A stretch of 64,000 nt of DNA from an uncultured virus (IMG/VR IMGVR_UViG_3300045836_000189) (IMGVR_UViG_3300045836_000189:62001-126000), one strand, 5' to 3'. Counted from the first letter of the stretch, positions 28,548 to 37,816 are shown. Numbers and translations are program-made. The notes: generated from the sequence alone by a model not told the origin.

Positions 28548-29001
28548 ACTCTAATTGATATACTTTTTGAAGGGTATCTAGGATGGAGTTGTACTTCTCC
28601 CGGAACTGGGGGTTGCTCTTGATCAGGGCATTGGCTGTTTCTGCTCCATAGATGATGGTACTATGATGCATCTTGCCAGCTATTTCCCCGATGGTTTTTA
28701 GCGTGAGGTTCCCTTTCTCCCTTGCAAGTTTCATGAAGATCATCCTGAGCTCCGAGAGCTCCCTTTTACGGGTCTTGGAGAAGATGCTTGGGTATTTTAT
28801 TCTTAAGTGTGATGGAATGTAGGAGTTCAGAACGGATACCAGGATGCCCAGATCCCTGTCCTGTTCACTCTCAATTACCCTCTTCCACTCCGGCTCTACG
28901 ACGATGACCTCTGCATCCATTCCGAACCGTTCATAGAATTGTGTCCTGAACCGGCTGATGGCTACCAGGTGTTTTTTTTCCAGGTACGGATTGTTGTTCA
29001 T
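28351..29001 (-). CDS. Protein with DnaA C-terminal (domain IV) HTH
   Basis: KTRKRELSELRMIFMKLAR...TLKTIGEIAGKMHHSTIIYG matches the DnaA domain IV signature. Confidence 0.8.
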   Translation of the reverse strand: MNNNPYLEKKHLVAISRFRTQFYERFGMDAEVIVVEPEWKRVIESEQDRDLGILVSVLNSYIPSHLRIKYPSIFSKTRKRELSELRMIFMKLAREKGNLTLKTIGEIAGKMHHSTIIYGAETANALIKSNPQFREKYNSILDTLQKVYQLEYARTHQPADTAEDNTQSASVIALHPRKDQAISTASVSECGALTMPEIRMDQYTERAAAESLEAAV

Positions 29002-29123
29002 AAACTTTAAAGATTTAAGTGAATAGCTTGTCTGTATAGGGTATTATGGGTATATTATATTGTAGACTAACTACGGTTTGTCTACATCTTACCCGTTTAT
29101 TCTACAAATATAAGATCTACAAT

Positions 29124-29447
29124 ATGAGTTGCAAACTTTATTATGCAAAAAAAGATAAGAACGGCTTTCCGATACCGGGAACCATGATGGGGTATGATAA
29201 GGATCCTTGCAAAGATGACCTTGTACTCATTGAATCTCATGATACTATGTTGGGTGTGGATGCCAATGGAAATACCATTGAGCAGTGCTTTCACCCGGAA
29301 CACTTACGCTACTTTGTCCGGCTGGATTGTGATGGGCATATACTACCCAACTCCCTGTTTAGCTCTCTAAAACATCCTGGAGGATCCGTAGCTGAATTCA
29401 AAAAGACCATACTTATTCCCGGTACTAATGTCGGGGCTATTTTATAA
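29124..29447 (+). CDS. Hypothetical late-strand protein
   Basis: Start adjusted to MSCKLYYAKKDKNGFPIPG; first gene of the + strand lysis block. Confidence 0.65.
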   Translation: MSCKLYYAKKDKNGFPIPGTMMGYDKDPCKDDLVLIESHDTMLGVDANGNTIEQCFHPEHLRYFVRLDCDGHILPNSLFSSLKHPGGSVAEFKKTILIPGTNVGAIL

Positions 29448-29469
29448 GAGCTTAACTCCGTAATAACCC

Positions 29470-29820
29470 ATGACCCCTAAACCTAAACCAGATAGCTTTG
29501 AAAACACCTTAGATAAGCTCAAGAGTTACCTCTTCCAGCCATTGCTGTTCATACTGTTCAGCGTAGCCACTTACTTCCTGTCCAGCATCAATACCAAGCT
29601 CCAGAATATGGAGCAGATTGCCATCCAGGTCAATATTGACAAGACCAGGATTGATAACCTGGAACGCACCATCTACGGCCCTAAAACCAGAACGGCTTCC
29701 CTGGACAGTTCCCAGAGAGTAGATAGTCTTTTCAGGAGATGGCCCCAGACAGCCTTCAAGAATGAAGAAGAGTTTGACATCAAGAAATACCTAAAGCCAC
29801 CCTATAAACGTAACATATGA
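29470..29820 (+). CDS. Single-TM membrane protein (holin/antiholin candidate)
   Basis: Hydrophobic LFQPLLFILFSVATYFLS followed by a coiled segment; in the lysis block. Confidence 0.5.
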   Translation: MTPKPKPDSFENTLDKLKSYLFQPLLFILFSVATYFLSSINTKLQNMEQIAIQVNIDKTRIDNLERTIYGPKTRTASLDSSQRVDSLFRRWPQTAFKNEEEFDIKKYLKPPYKRNI

Positions 29821-30209
29821 AATTCGGACTTAGCCAACTTACACATCCCACACCTCCCAAGATCAAAGCCTTTGGCAAGGCACTCCGTACAGCTGCTGTA
29901 GCTGCTGCCGGTATTGCTGCCACTGCAGGTACCAGTGCTGCTATCAGTATTGGTCTCGTAGCTCTTGGTTTTATCGGGGACTTTATCTGTGATCTGTTCA
30001 GTGATCCAGCCATAGTGGTTGAAGCACCAGAAGCAAAACCTGCTGAACCTACTGAAGCTCCAGTGGAAACTCCCGTAGAAGTACCGGTGGAAGCACCAGC
30101 TCCGGAACCCGCAGCTGCACCAGTAGAAGATAATCCTTCTCCTGCCCCTGCTCCGGAGTCAGATCCTAAACCAGATGAAAGCACTAATGAAACTCCTGCT
30201 CAGGCTTAA
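29817..30209 (+). CDS. Holin candidate with Pro/Glu/Ala-rich low-complexity tail
   Basis: PTPPKIKAFG followed by a hydrophobic Ala/Gly-rich stretch; EAP-rich tail. Confidence 0.55.
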   Translation: MKFGLSQLTHPTPPKIKAFGKALRTAAVAAAGIAATAGTSAAISIGLVALGFIGDFICDLFSDPAIVVEAPEAKPAEPTEAPVETPVEVPVEAPAPEPAAAPVEDNPSPAPAPESDPKPDESTNETPAQA

Positions 30210-30720
30210 TATTCTTTTGTTGTTGTGGACTGTGAGTTCCTGTGCGGTCTTTAAGACCAGAACAGTGAACAAGCAGTCACACGACAGCCTGTCTGTTTCC
30301 CACAGCCACATTGAGTTAAAGCTCAATGAAAAGCTGGTAGATACGGGCAGTGTAAAGAGTATTGTCCTTTTGAGCCATACAGATTCCTCTACCACAGAAA
30401 CAGACATCATCCCGGATGGGGATGTCACCGTGGGAAAAGACGGAGTCTTCCATGGAAAAGCCAAAAGCATACATACCAAAACAACTACGACCAATAAGAC
30501 CAATTCCAATACCCGGACAGAGGAGAAGAAGGGATTAACAAAGACCCTTCAGAAAGATTCCACTAATAACCAGGATCATAAGACAGAAGTCAAAGACTCG
30601 TCCAAGCATATTGTATCCAAACCGGATTTCGGATGGATGATCTATGCCGCAGCTATCCTGGCTGTGCTGGTAATCCTCTTTCTCATCTACCGGAAGTTCC
30701 GTTCTAAGATTCCCCTATGA
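30175..30720 (+). CDS. Lipoprotein with C-terminal TM helix (unimolecular spanin-like)
   Basis: Signal peptide and lipobox LLLWTVSS-C; Thr/Ser-rich beta region; C-terminal TM WMIYAAAILAVLVILFLIY followed by RKFR. Confidence 0.7.
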   Translation: MKALMKLLLRLNILLLLWTVSSCAVFKTRTVNKQSHDSLSVSHSHIELKLNEKLVDTGSVKSIVLLSHTDSSTTETDIIPDGDVTVGKDGVFHGKAKSIHTKTTTTNKTNSNTRTEEKKGLTKTLQKDSTNNQDHKTEVKDSSKHIVSKPDFGWMIYAAAILAVLVILFLIYRKFRSKIPL

Positions 30721-31238
30721 GTTTAACTGATAAGATTGTACAGATAGCCAAATCCTATGTAGGCCAGGAAGAGATCCCTGAGAATGCAGGATTTAAGAAT
30801 CCATCCTTTGAAGCCAAGATGAAGGCTGTTGGATGGTATAAGGGAGCTCCCTGGTGTGCGTTCCTTGCCAAACTGATCTGGACAGAGGCATTTGCCCTGG
30901 CAGACACCTCAGCATCCGCTTTAATACGTAAGTATTCTAACGGATCTGCTACAGACACCTATCACAATTATGCTGCTTCCAAAGAATTCCATGTACAGCA
31001 GACTCCTGTAGTGGGAGCTGTAGTGATCTGGAAAGAGGGAAATGGTCCTTCCGGACATGCAGGTGTGGTAACCCGCGTCATAGATGAACACACCATTGAG
31101 ACCGTAGAGGGCAACACCAACACCAATGGATCCAGAGAAGGATACATTGCTGCAGTGAAGATCCGTAAGATCGGACAGCCCTTCAATCCACATGGTTTAA
31201 ACCTGGTGGGTTTTATAGTACCAACAAGAATTGCCTAA
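30717..31238 (+). CDS. CHAP-domain endolysin
   Basis: PWCAFL (catalytic Cys), GHAGVV (His), TIETVEGNT. Confidence 0.9.
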   Translation: MSLTDKIVQIAKSYVGQEEIPENAGFKNPSFEAKMKAVGWYKGAPWCAFLAKLIWTEAFALADTSASALIRKYSNGSATDTYHNYAASKEFHVQQTPVVGAVVIWKEGNGPSGHAGVVTRVIDEHTIETVEGNTNTNGSREGYIAAVKIRKIGQPFNPHGLNLVGFIVPTRIA

Positions 31239-31298
31239 TATCCTATCACCCGCCTTATCACCGGATCCCTTCTGATTTCCGTATCAGAAAGCCGTGAT

Positions 31299-31332
31299 CA
31301 AAGGGAAGAGTTTCAACCGCTCTTCCCTTTTT
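31299..31332. terminator. Bidirectional terminator between the lysis cassette and the VWA gene
   Basis: AAAGGGAAGAG-loop-CTCTTCCCTTTTT. Confidence 0.8.
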
Positions 31333-31337
31333 CTATT

Positions 31338-33089
31338 TTACTTGATGGCATGACCACTGCGTCCTACTTTATAGGTACGCTTGCCATCAAAGACAATGAC
31401 CTGGTCTCTTTGCTGGTAGAGAGGATTAAAGCCAGTGAATTTGGCTCCGGCCACACCAATAAAGAAAGCCTTGTCCGAATAGGCAGAGCAGTGATCCTCT
31501 GCATCCGTGATGACAATAGCATTGCGTTTATTGGCTTCTATTCTCTGGATCACCCTGCCGGTGGTGGTTCCACCTCCTCCACGGATATTGAGAATGTCCA
31601 CGATCTGGTTACCTTCATACTTCACATGATCCTGGAAGGAATACACTTCGTTGAGCATGTTCAGCTCCTTCATCTTAAAGGCAAACGCCTTGGCAAATAA
31701 AAGCTTGGTCATATACCTTCCGTCCTGTCCTTGTACCCCGCAGGATTGCTCCATGGATCCTGAAGCATCAATGAACAGGTCGATCTTACCCATCTTCTTG
31801 ATCTCCTTCACCAGTATATCCTCTGTGAATATTTTACGCAGTACAGGATGCAGTAGTGTGATGTCCTCCAGCCCGTCAAGGGTACCAGCATCAAAAATAC
31901 TCTCAAAGTAAGGCTTGTCCTTGGCAGAGAAGTAAGAGTTGGACTGGTCCAGCAGGTTCTTGATCTTGCTCTTGATAGCATTCAGGTTCAGCCCCACACT
32001 TCTCAGTTCCTGCTCCACCTTCTCCAGGTATTGCCGGTTGGTCTTTTCTGCTGCACGGTTGGCTTCTCCCCATCGGTCAGAGGCCAGCTCCTTCCACATA
32101 TCATCCATCTGCTTTTCACTCATCACAGCTCCCAGCATTTCCACGGTCTTGCGTGCATCTTCCAGCACCTCTTCCAGAATCTGCTTGGACCCTTTGACCT
32201 TGTCAAAGCGTTCCATCAGGGTCTTCAGGTGAGCATTCTCACTCTGACGGGTGTTACCCGTACCAGCCTGATTGCCTCCACCTGCCTGGGAATCACTGTG
32301 ATCCTTTTCTTGCTCCTGCTCATCATCACCTCCTCCGCCATTGCCTTGCGGATCTTCATCATCCTCATCCTCGTCCTGACCTCCCTGGGAAGGTTGATTG
32401 CCGGGATTTCCCTGCTGCCCCTGATCCTGAGGATCCTGTGGTTGTGGTTGGGGGTTAGGCTGACCTTTTCCAGGTCCCTTTCCACCCATTCCTTTCTGCT
32501 GCTTCTGGTCCTGGGGGTCCTTTCCCTGCAGGTTGTTCATCAGGTCATCAAATGCCTGCTTGTCCTCCTGCTGCAGCATGGCCAGGTTCATCAGGTAATA
32601 CTGTATCATGTTCCTGGTATAGACCATGGATTTGATATTGTTCTGACGGGTGATCACCTTGGCAATAGGGTTGTTGGACTTTTCAATCATATGGTAGCGG
32701 AACTTGTTCTTCTCGGTCCGCTCCTCAAACTTAAGATCCTGGATGTCCTCATAGTTGATATTGTAAATATCATTGAGCACTTCCTTGGGAAACTTCTGAT
32801 AGATCTTCATCATCTCCTCAGTCAGTGTCTGTGGACTCACCAGCTTTTTGTTCATTTTCTCAGCCATCTGCTGTATCCGCTGGTGGGATACAGGTGTCTG
32901 GATATAGTTATCTACTGCTTTTTGCAGTGCCCGTTCATCCAGGGAATGCAGGTAGGGCTTGATGATCTCACCCCTTACATTATACTGCACGTTGGAGAAG
33001 AGACGGGGTCTGTTCTCAAAGCCCAGTTCCCCTCTCTTTGCCTTTTCCAGGATGGTATAAGGATTTTTGAATTGTCTCTTCTTGCTCAT
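31338..33089 (-). CDS. VWA (MIDAS) domain protein with Q/G/D/E-rich linker; partner of MoxR AAA no. 1
   Basis: LFIDASGSM, GGGTT, IVITDAED; acidic low-complexity linker as in ViaA/CobT-type partners. Confidence 0.85.
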   Translation of the reverse strand: MSKKRQFKNPYTILEKAKRGELGFENRPRLFSNVQYNVRGEIIKPYLHSLDERALQKAVDNYIQTPVSHQRIQQMAEKMNKKLVSPQTLTEEMMKIYQKFPKEVLNDIYNINYEDIQDLKFEERTEKNKFRYHMIEKSNNPIAKVITRQNNIKSMVYTRNMIQYYLMNLAMLQQEDKQAFDDLMNNLQGKDPQDQKQQKGMGGKGPGKGQPNPQPQPQDPQDQGQQGNPGNQPSQGGQDEDEDDEDPQGNGGGGDDEQEQEKDHSDSQAGGGNQAGTGNTRQSENAHLKTLMERFDKVKGSKQILEEVLEDARKTVEMLGAVMSEKQMDDMWKELASDRWGEANRAAEKTNRQYLEKVEQELRSVGLNLNAIKSKIKNLLDQSNSYFSAKDKPYFESIFDAGTLDGLEDITLLHPVLRKIFTEDILVKEIKKMGKIDLFIDASGSMEQSCGVQGQDGRYMTKLLFAKAFAFKMKELNMLNEVYSFQDHVKYEGNQIVDILNIRGGGGTTTGRVIQRIEANKRNAIVITDAEDHCSAYSDKAFFIGVAGAKFTGFNPLYQQRDQVIVFDGKRTYKVGRSGHAIK

Positions 33090-33098
33090 GGGTTATGA

Positions 33099-34256
33099 TT
33101 AGATGGTGGCCGCTTGCGGCTGTGTGGTAAGTACATCCTCCAGCAAGTCCTCAATCTCTTTCTCTTTCTGCTTTACAGGGTGTCCTTCCAGGATATGGGC
33201 TACCACGGCCTCAACCTCTTCTACCTGGGACTGATCCAGTTTACCTGCAGAAGCATAGCCGGTAAGGAGTGCATCAATCTCTGCCACGGCCTCATCCACA
33301 CTCTGTGCATCATGCAGTGACCACAGCATGTCCGCCTTGCTCATCAGGGCTTTCATTTCCTGGTTCATGAGCTGGGCTGCCAGTTGGTTTCCGGCTTCTG
33401 AGTCAATCATAATCGTAGCCACTTTGACCATGGATTTATCCAGGGTATAGTCCCACACGAATGATACAGCTTTGATCAGTTCAGGAACGAAGGTCAGAGT
33501 CCGGTCAGAGCATCTGTTATAGGCTACGTTCAGGAACTTTTCCAGCTTGGATGTTGGAATGGTTACCCCCTCCATTTCTGCCCTGGTAGGGAGACCGATC
33601 TTCATGGTCTCTTTATACTCTTTGGCACCCCGGTCATAGTAACGGATCATGTCTCCGGCTGAGATCCGGTTCACCTGCATTTTCAGCAGGAACCTGTCCC
33701 AGAAAGGAGAGCCCGCTTCTTCTTTGGGGATCTCGTTACAGGTAGCAATAAAGAGCTTCCATTTGCAGGGGATCTTATGCTTACCATTAAAGAGGAACTT
33801 CTCGTTCATGATAGAGAGCAGTGAATTTCTAATATTACTGCTGGCCTTGTCCACCTCGTTGATGATTACGATCTCTGCCTCTGTGATAGGGGCAATGATC
33901 TCATAACGGGGTTCGGCTCCAAAGAGCTTGGCCATGTCGGGTAATCCTTTGACCTCGCTACTTTTGGTGCCTTCATCTGTTTCCAGGATGTAGATCTTTT
34001 CCATGAACTCCTGCTGTGCCTTTTTCATGGCAGCCACATCTCCTGGAGGTACGTCCTTCAGTAACCAGGCTTTGGCAAAATCAATAACGGTCTTGGTCTT
34101 ACCGGTTCCGGGAGGGCCTACCAGTAATACCGGCTTTTCTGTTGCTCTGGCAAGGGAGAGCATTCTGAACACTTCTTCTTTGTTGATCAGATTGGTGTCA
34201 ATAGTAAGTACGTTCTGTGCTTTATTTTTAGTAAGGGATTTGATAGCTTTTGCCAT
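33099..34256 (-). CDS. MoxR/RavA-like AAA+ ATPase no. 1
   Basis: GPPGTGKT, IINEVDKASSNIRNSLLSIMNEK, ATCNE, FWDRF; start adjusted to MAKAIK (34256). Confidence 0.85.
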   Translation of the reverse strand: MAKAIKSLTKNKAQNVLTIDTNLINKEEVFRMLSLARATEKPVLLVGPPGTGKTKTVIDFAKAWLLKDVPPGDVAAMKKAQQEFMEKIYILETDEGTKSSEVKGLPDMAKLFGAEPRYEIIAPITEAEIVIINEVDKASSNIRNSLLSIMNEKFLFNGKHKIPCKWKLFIATCNEIPKEEAGSPFWDRFLLKMQVNRISAGDMIRYYDRGAKEYKETMKIGLPTRAEMEGVTIPTSKLEKFLNVAYNRCSDRTLTFVPELIKAVSFVWDYTLDKSMVKVATIMIDSEAGNQLAAQLMNQEMKALMSKADMLWSLHDAQSVDEAVAEIDALLTGYASAGKLDQSQVEEVEAVVAHILEGHPVKQKEKEIEDLLEDVLTTQPQAATI

Positions 34257-34323
34257 GATTTCTTGTAGTTGTGTTTGATCTGAATTAGTAGTGGAAACAG
34301 GGGAAGCGTCGTCCCCCTGCTGA

Positions 34324-34890
34324 TTAGAGGTTGAGGAAGCTTTGACCGGCTTCCACGTCAGAATCTTGCTGGGACTCTGATGCAACCAGGCTGTTATCAC
34401 TAATGCCAGCTGATCCAGCCTGGGTACTACCCACACCTGGTTTTGAGGCTCCCAAAGGAAGTACGACTCCGTTGGATTTGTTAGCCTGGGCTGGTAGGTC
34501 AGCACCACTTCCTGAGGATTGGTTGGTCTGCCCAGCTTCTTTAGCCGCTGCTGGTACATTCCCTGTACTGACGGTTGGCTGTTGGCTATCTTTTGCAGCA
34601 TCCCCTGATGGAGTTGCTCCAGTTCCTGCTGCAGGTTTGTTTGCTGCTGATTCCGTATTGTTAGCATTGTCTTTGTCTTTTGTGTCATCAATAATGCGGA
34701 AGATGACTCCTTCCGGCTCTTTACCTACAAGCTTGGGGTGCTTCATGATCACTTTGATCTGGAACTCCTTGGCATTATACTTCTCTTCAATGCTACCGAA
34801 CCCCTGGTCTTCTGCTTTTAGCCAGGTTAAACCGTTACTTAAATCCTCTAATAACTGACTCACAGTCAGATCTACTGGTTTGAATGCCAT
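34324..34890 (-). CDS. Hypothetical protein: folded N-terminus plus long disordered tail
   Basis: ORF track; A/S/G/Q-rich tail ending QSFLNL. Confidence 0.65.
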   Translation of the reverse strand: MAFKPVDLTVSQLLEDLSNGLTWLKAEDQGFGSIEEKYNAKEFQIKVIMKHPKLVGKEPEGVIFRIIDDTKDKDNANNTESAANKPAAGTGATPSGDAAKDSQQPTVSTGNVPAAAKEAGQTNQSSGSGADLPAQANKSNGVVLPLGASKPGVGSTQAGSAGISDNSLVASESQQDSDVEAGQSFLNL

Positions 34891-34910
34891 GATTACAATC
34901 TTTTTTGGTT

Positions 34911-35240
34911 TTACTTTTTGTTAATTAGTTCACTAATCTGGTCATAGAGATCAGGGTTTGCATAGAGTGCCCCTGTGACCTTTCTTAAGAAATCTTTCTG
35001 TTGTTCCTGGGTGGCAGTACGCCAGTCCAGTGATGGTCTGTACAGCTCAAAGAAGTCCTGAAACACCCATTCAGTGAGTTTCTCCTGCTTCTCGTGCTGA
35101 AATAGTCCTCTGCCGTCCTTATGTACCTGTGATTTGGTTACTGTCAGGTACGTTCCATATTTGTTATAATCCTTTCCGTGTGATTCACGGAATTGAGGTT
35201 TGAGCCTTACCCTGTCTCCGGGGTTAAATAGGTATTCCAT
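34911..35240 (-). CDS. Small SH3-like protein with helical C-terminus
   Basis: FNPGDRVRLK start motif. Confidence 0.6.
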   Translation of the reverse strand: MEYLFNPGDRVRLKPQFRESHGKDYNKYGTYLTVTKSQVHKDGRGLFQHEKQEKLTEWVFQDFFELYRPSLDWRTATQEQQKDFLRKVTGALYANPDLYDQISELINKK

Positions 35241-35502
35241 GCTCCAATTGCTTACTTAATTTATCCAGGGCTTCTTCAATCTCTTGTATTGAGTAGTACA
35301 ACTCCAGCTCACCTACATATCCTTTCCATCCCGATTGTTCCGGGAAATCAATATAAACCTTCATCCCAAGTGTACTTATAGTTTCATCAGGAAGTAACTG
35401 CCTTATTACACCCACAGATTTTGCAGTAACACTTCCCCAATCGTGATAGGGATTGGTTGCAATAACACGGACTGTGTCTCCCACTTTAAAGTAAGTTTCC
35501 AT
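35224..35502 (-). CDS. SH3-like (HERC2/KEG-repeat-like) head plus shared C-terminal helix
   Basis: FKVGDTVRV...PYHDWGSVTAKSVGVI...IDFPEQSGWKG...ELEL; tail IQEIEEALDKLSKQL. Confidence 0.7.
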   Translation of the reverse strand: METYFKVGDTVRVIATNPYHDWGSVTAKSVGVIRQLLPDETISTLGMKVYIDFPEQSGWKGYVGELELYYSIQEIEEALDKLSKQLEHGIPI

Positions 35503-35779
35503 CTTTCATCCTTTCTTCTAATAGGTCCAACTTTTCCATGAGATCTTCTATATTGAAGATGTCAAGTTTTTCAAAATAGGAGAGGTCAATCCAGGTATTA
35601 GATGAACTTTCCTCATACTTGAAACTCAGTTTATCCGAACCACCTGAATAGTTATCTTTCCGGATGTCTATAACCGTTACATAAGGCATATAGTCCTTTA
35701 CCCATATGGTGCAGTCCTTACCCTCTCTGTATTTTTTTAGAGGTATGATCCTGTCTCCAATCTTAATGTCACTCATCAA
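35486..35779 (-). CDS. SH3-like head plus shared C-terminal helix
   Basis: IKIGDRI...; tail IEDLMEKLDLLEERM. Confidence 0.65.
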   Translation of the reverse strand: MMSDIKIGDRIIPLKKYREGKDCTIWVKDYMPYVTVIDIRKDNYSGGSDKLSFKYEESSSNTWIDLSYFEKLDIFNIEDLMEKLDLLEERMKDGNLL

Positions 35780-36056
35780 GCATCCTTTCTATCTTTTCAT
35801 CCAAAGACCGGAATAGATCCTCTATGGATGGTCCGACCAGTTCATAATACGCACAGGTCCAGCTACCAGTTCTGCCTTTTGTTTTGAATAACCAGTTACC
35901 CTCGGCATTTTTAATAATCTCAGATATAGTGATACCATTTATCAGCAGATTCTTTACTTCAGGATTTTTAATGGTACTAAACCTTTCAAAATATGCATCA
36001 GGATTTCTCAGCCTGACTGTATCCCCTACTTTAAAAGGAGCTTCATTGTCTGTCAT
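35769..36056 (-). CDS. SH3-like head plus shared C-terminal helix (paralog of 36043-36357)
   Basis: PFKVGDTVRLRNPDAYF; tail IEDLFRSLDEKIERM. Confidence 0.65.
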   Translation of the reverse strand: MTDNEAPFKVGDTVRLRNPDAYFERFSTIKNPEVKNLLINGITISEIIKNAEGNWLFKTKGRTGSWTCAYYELVGPSIEDLFRSLDEKIERMLDE

Positions 36057-36357
36057 TTTCCATCCTCCTTATTTTATCGTCAAGAGCATTAAATAAATCT
36101 TCTATAGTAGGATCAGTAAGCTGATAAAACATGCAGCTAAATCCTCCATTAAATCCATATTCAGCAGGATCAAACCTCCATCTTTCTGACCCTTTTGAAT
36201 AGTAGATTTTTTTTATGGTAACTCCTTCGGTTAAGAGAGATACTTTACGTGCCTCTTTCTTGATATGAGGAAATTCATTAAAGTATTCATCCGGATTAAT
36301 TAATCTGACTTTATCTCCTATGTTAAAAGGAGGCTCACCATTTGATTCTGGTTCCAT
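36043..36357 (-). CDS. SH3-like head plus shared C-terminal helix
   Basis: PFNIGDKVRLINPDEYF; tail IEDLFNALDDKIRRM. Confidence 0.65.
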   Translation of the reverse strand: MEPESNGEPPFNIGDKVRLINPDEYFNEFPHIKKEARKVSLLTEGVTIKKIYYSKGSERWRFDPAEYGFNGGFSCMFYQLTDPTIEDLFNALDDKIRRMENDRQ

Positions 36358-37090
36358 TGGCTTGCTGTAATAATTCGTTACACTTCATGAATACATCTTC
36401 ACAATCCCATTCTGCCTGGTTGTTATACGCAGCAGAAGCCGGATGGGATGCAAATAGTTTGTAATGCCTGTCCTCGTCAATGAGATCAGCCAGCTCCTGT
36501 GCTTTCCTGCCCAGGAAGATGAATACCACACCTGAGTTGATCGTGTTCAGCATGTCCAGCAGGTAACTCATGAAAGGTCTCCATATACCCTGATGCTTCC
36601 CAGGACTGCCCAGCTCCACAGAGAGTGCTGTGTTGAGCAGCAACACTCCCTGGTTTGCCCAACGGGTCAGATCAGGATCGCTGCTTGGGATCTCATTTTC
36701 TTCTGAAGGATGCTTGAACGGATCTCCTGCCCACAGGTAAGTGGTCTTGTAAATAGCTTTCAGTATATACTGCAGGCTGGGCTGGGCCTCACCTGTAAGG
36801 GAGCAGGAGAATGCCATTCCGTCGGCAGTTCCAAGTTGTGGGTAGGGATCCTGTCCGACGATGACTACTTTAAGATCCTTGTAAGGGCAGTTCTCAAAAG
36901 CAGAGAACATATGCTTTAAGGGTGGACCAAAACGTCTTCCCTGGGCCCGTTCATCATGCAGGAACTGCAGGATCTTCTCAAAGTCAGAAGCCATCACAAA
37001 TCCCTTCAGTTTGTCCGCCCATCCACTGGGACGGAGTTTGTCTACAAGCTTCGTCTGAATTTCTTGTAGATCAATTGTTGGATTACTCAT
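36335..37090 (-). CDS. ung: Uracil-DNA glycosylase family 1
   Basis: VVIVGQDPYP, ADGMAFS, PSL, WANQGVLLLNTAL, SHPAS. Confidence 0.95.
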   Translation of the reverse strand: MSNPTIDLQEIQTKLVDKLRPSGWADKLKGFVMASDFEKILQFLHDERAQGRRFGPPLKHMFSAFENCPYKDLKVVIVGQDPYPQLGTADGMAFSCSLTGEAQPSLQYILKAIYKTTYLWAGDPFKHPSEENEIPSSDPDLTRWANQGVLLLNTALSVELGSPGKHQGIWRPFMSYLLDMLNTINSGVVFIFLGRKAQELADLIDEDRHYKLFASHPASAAYNNQAEWDCEDVFMKCNELLQQANGTRIKW

Positions 37091-37139
37091 TTTGTAGACT
37101 TATTGTTATATTTGGATTACACCATTAGATAGTTACCCT

Positions 37140-37409
37140 ATGTCTGAAATTCACTACTTACCCAAGGATGCCGTTGTTCCTGTAGAAGTTGGAGCCGGGC
37201 TCCTGTTCCGGCTCCAAAAACTACTACTGTTCCTGGTTCATGATAAAACCAAGGAAGAGCTGGAAGAACTTAAGGAGCGCGTGGAGAAAAACGATGTCCC
37301 CGAAGACAGCTGGATGTTCCACTACATCACTATTCATTCCTTCATTACCATCGTGGAACACCAGGCCATGACCAAAAAGATCACAGTGACCAAAGACCCG
37401 GAAGCTTAA
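37140..37409 (+). CDS. Small hypothetical protein, isolated on the + strand
   Basis: Fills the gap between ung and 37406; preceded by TATATTTG (Bacteroidota -7 box) at ~37108. Confidence 0.6.
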   Translation: MSEIHYLPKDAVVPVEVGAGLLFRLQKLLLFLVHDKTKEELEELKERVEKNDVPEDSWMFHYITIHSFITIVEHQAMTKKITVTKDPEA

Positions 37410-37816
37410 GCAACCGGGTGGTTCACCTGTTCTCCGATCTCCACGGCTGCTTTGATAGCCAGGGAGAGCTCCTCTCTGCTGCAATCACCAAAGGATTTGC
37501 ACTCGAAGTACTCTTTCCCCTGGAGCTTGTAGGTAAAACACAGTCCGGCACGGTCCTTCACCAGTAGCTTTACTTCATGGAAAGTATAGCCTGTGTGATG
37601 GGCCAGCTCCCGGATCATGGCATGTAGCTTGGCCAGTTGCGCCAGGGTACCATCATCATGATACTCCTCCGCCCACAGCTCAATGGTCGTGCCTTCCGGA
37701 AGGTTGTTTCGGAACTGGTCATACAGAGCAGCATCTGCTGTCTTTACATGAATCAGCTTCCCGTTCTCTTTTTTCAGTTTACCGTGATAATGCAGTTTCA
37801 TACTTTTCCAGGTCAA
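37406..37816 (-). CDS. NinB-like recombination protein (tentative)
   Basis: GTLAQLAKLHAMIRELAHHTGYTFHEVK...KSFGDCSREELS. Confidence 0.5.
   Translation of the reverse strand: MTWKSMKLHYHGKLKKENGKLIHVKTADAALYDQFRNNLPEGTTIELWAEEYHDDGTLAQLAKLHAMIRELAHHTGYTFHEVKLLVKDRAGLCFTYKLQGKEYFECKSFGDCSREELSLAIKAAVEIGEQVNHPVA

Noticed and set aside
30020..30200. Tandem repeat element
   Set aside because: Degenerate codon repetition from a Pro/Glu/Ala-rich protein tail.
32031..33098. 355-aa + strand ORF
   Set aside because: Antisense shadow of the VWA gene with no motifs; the same applies to the many short antisense ORFs in the track.
34257..34691. 144-aa N-terminal extension of AAA no. 1 in the ORF track
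   Set aside because: It overlaps the 34324-34890 gene out of frame over low-complexity sequence; the ATG at 34256 after an AT-rich leader is more plausible.
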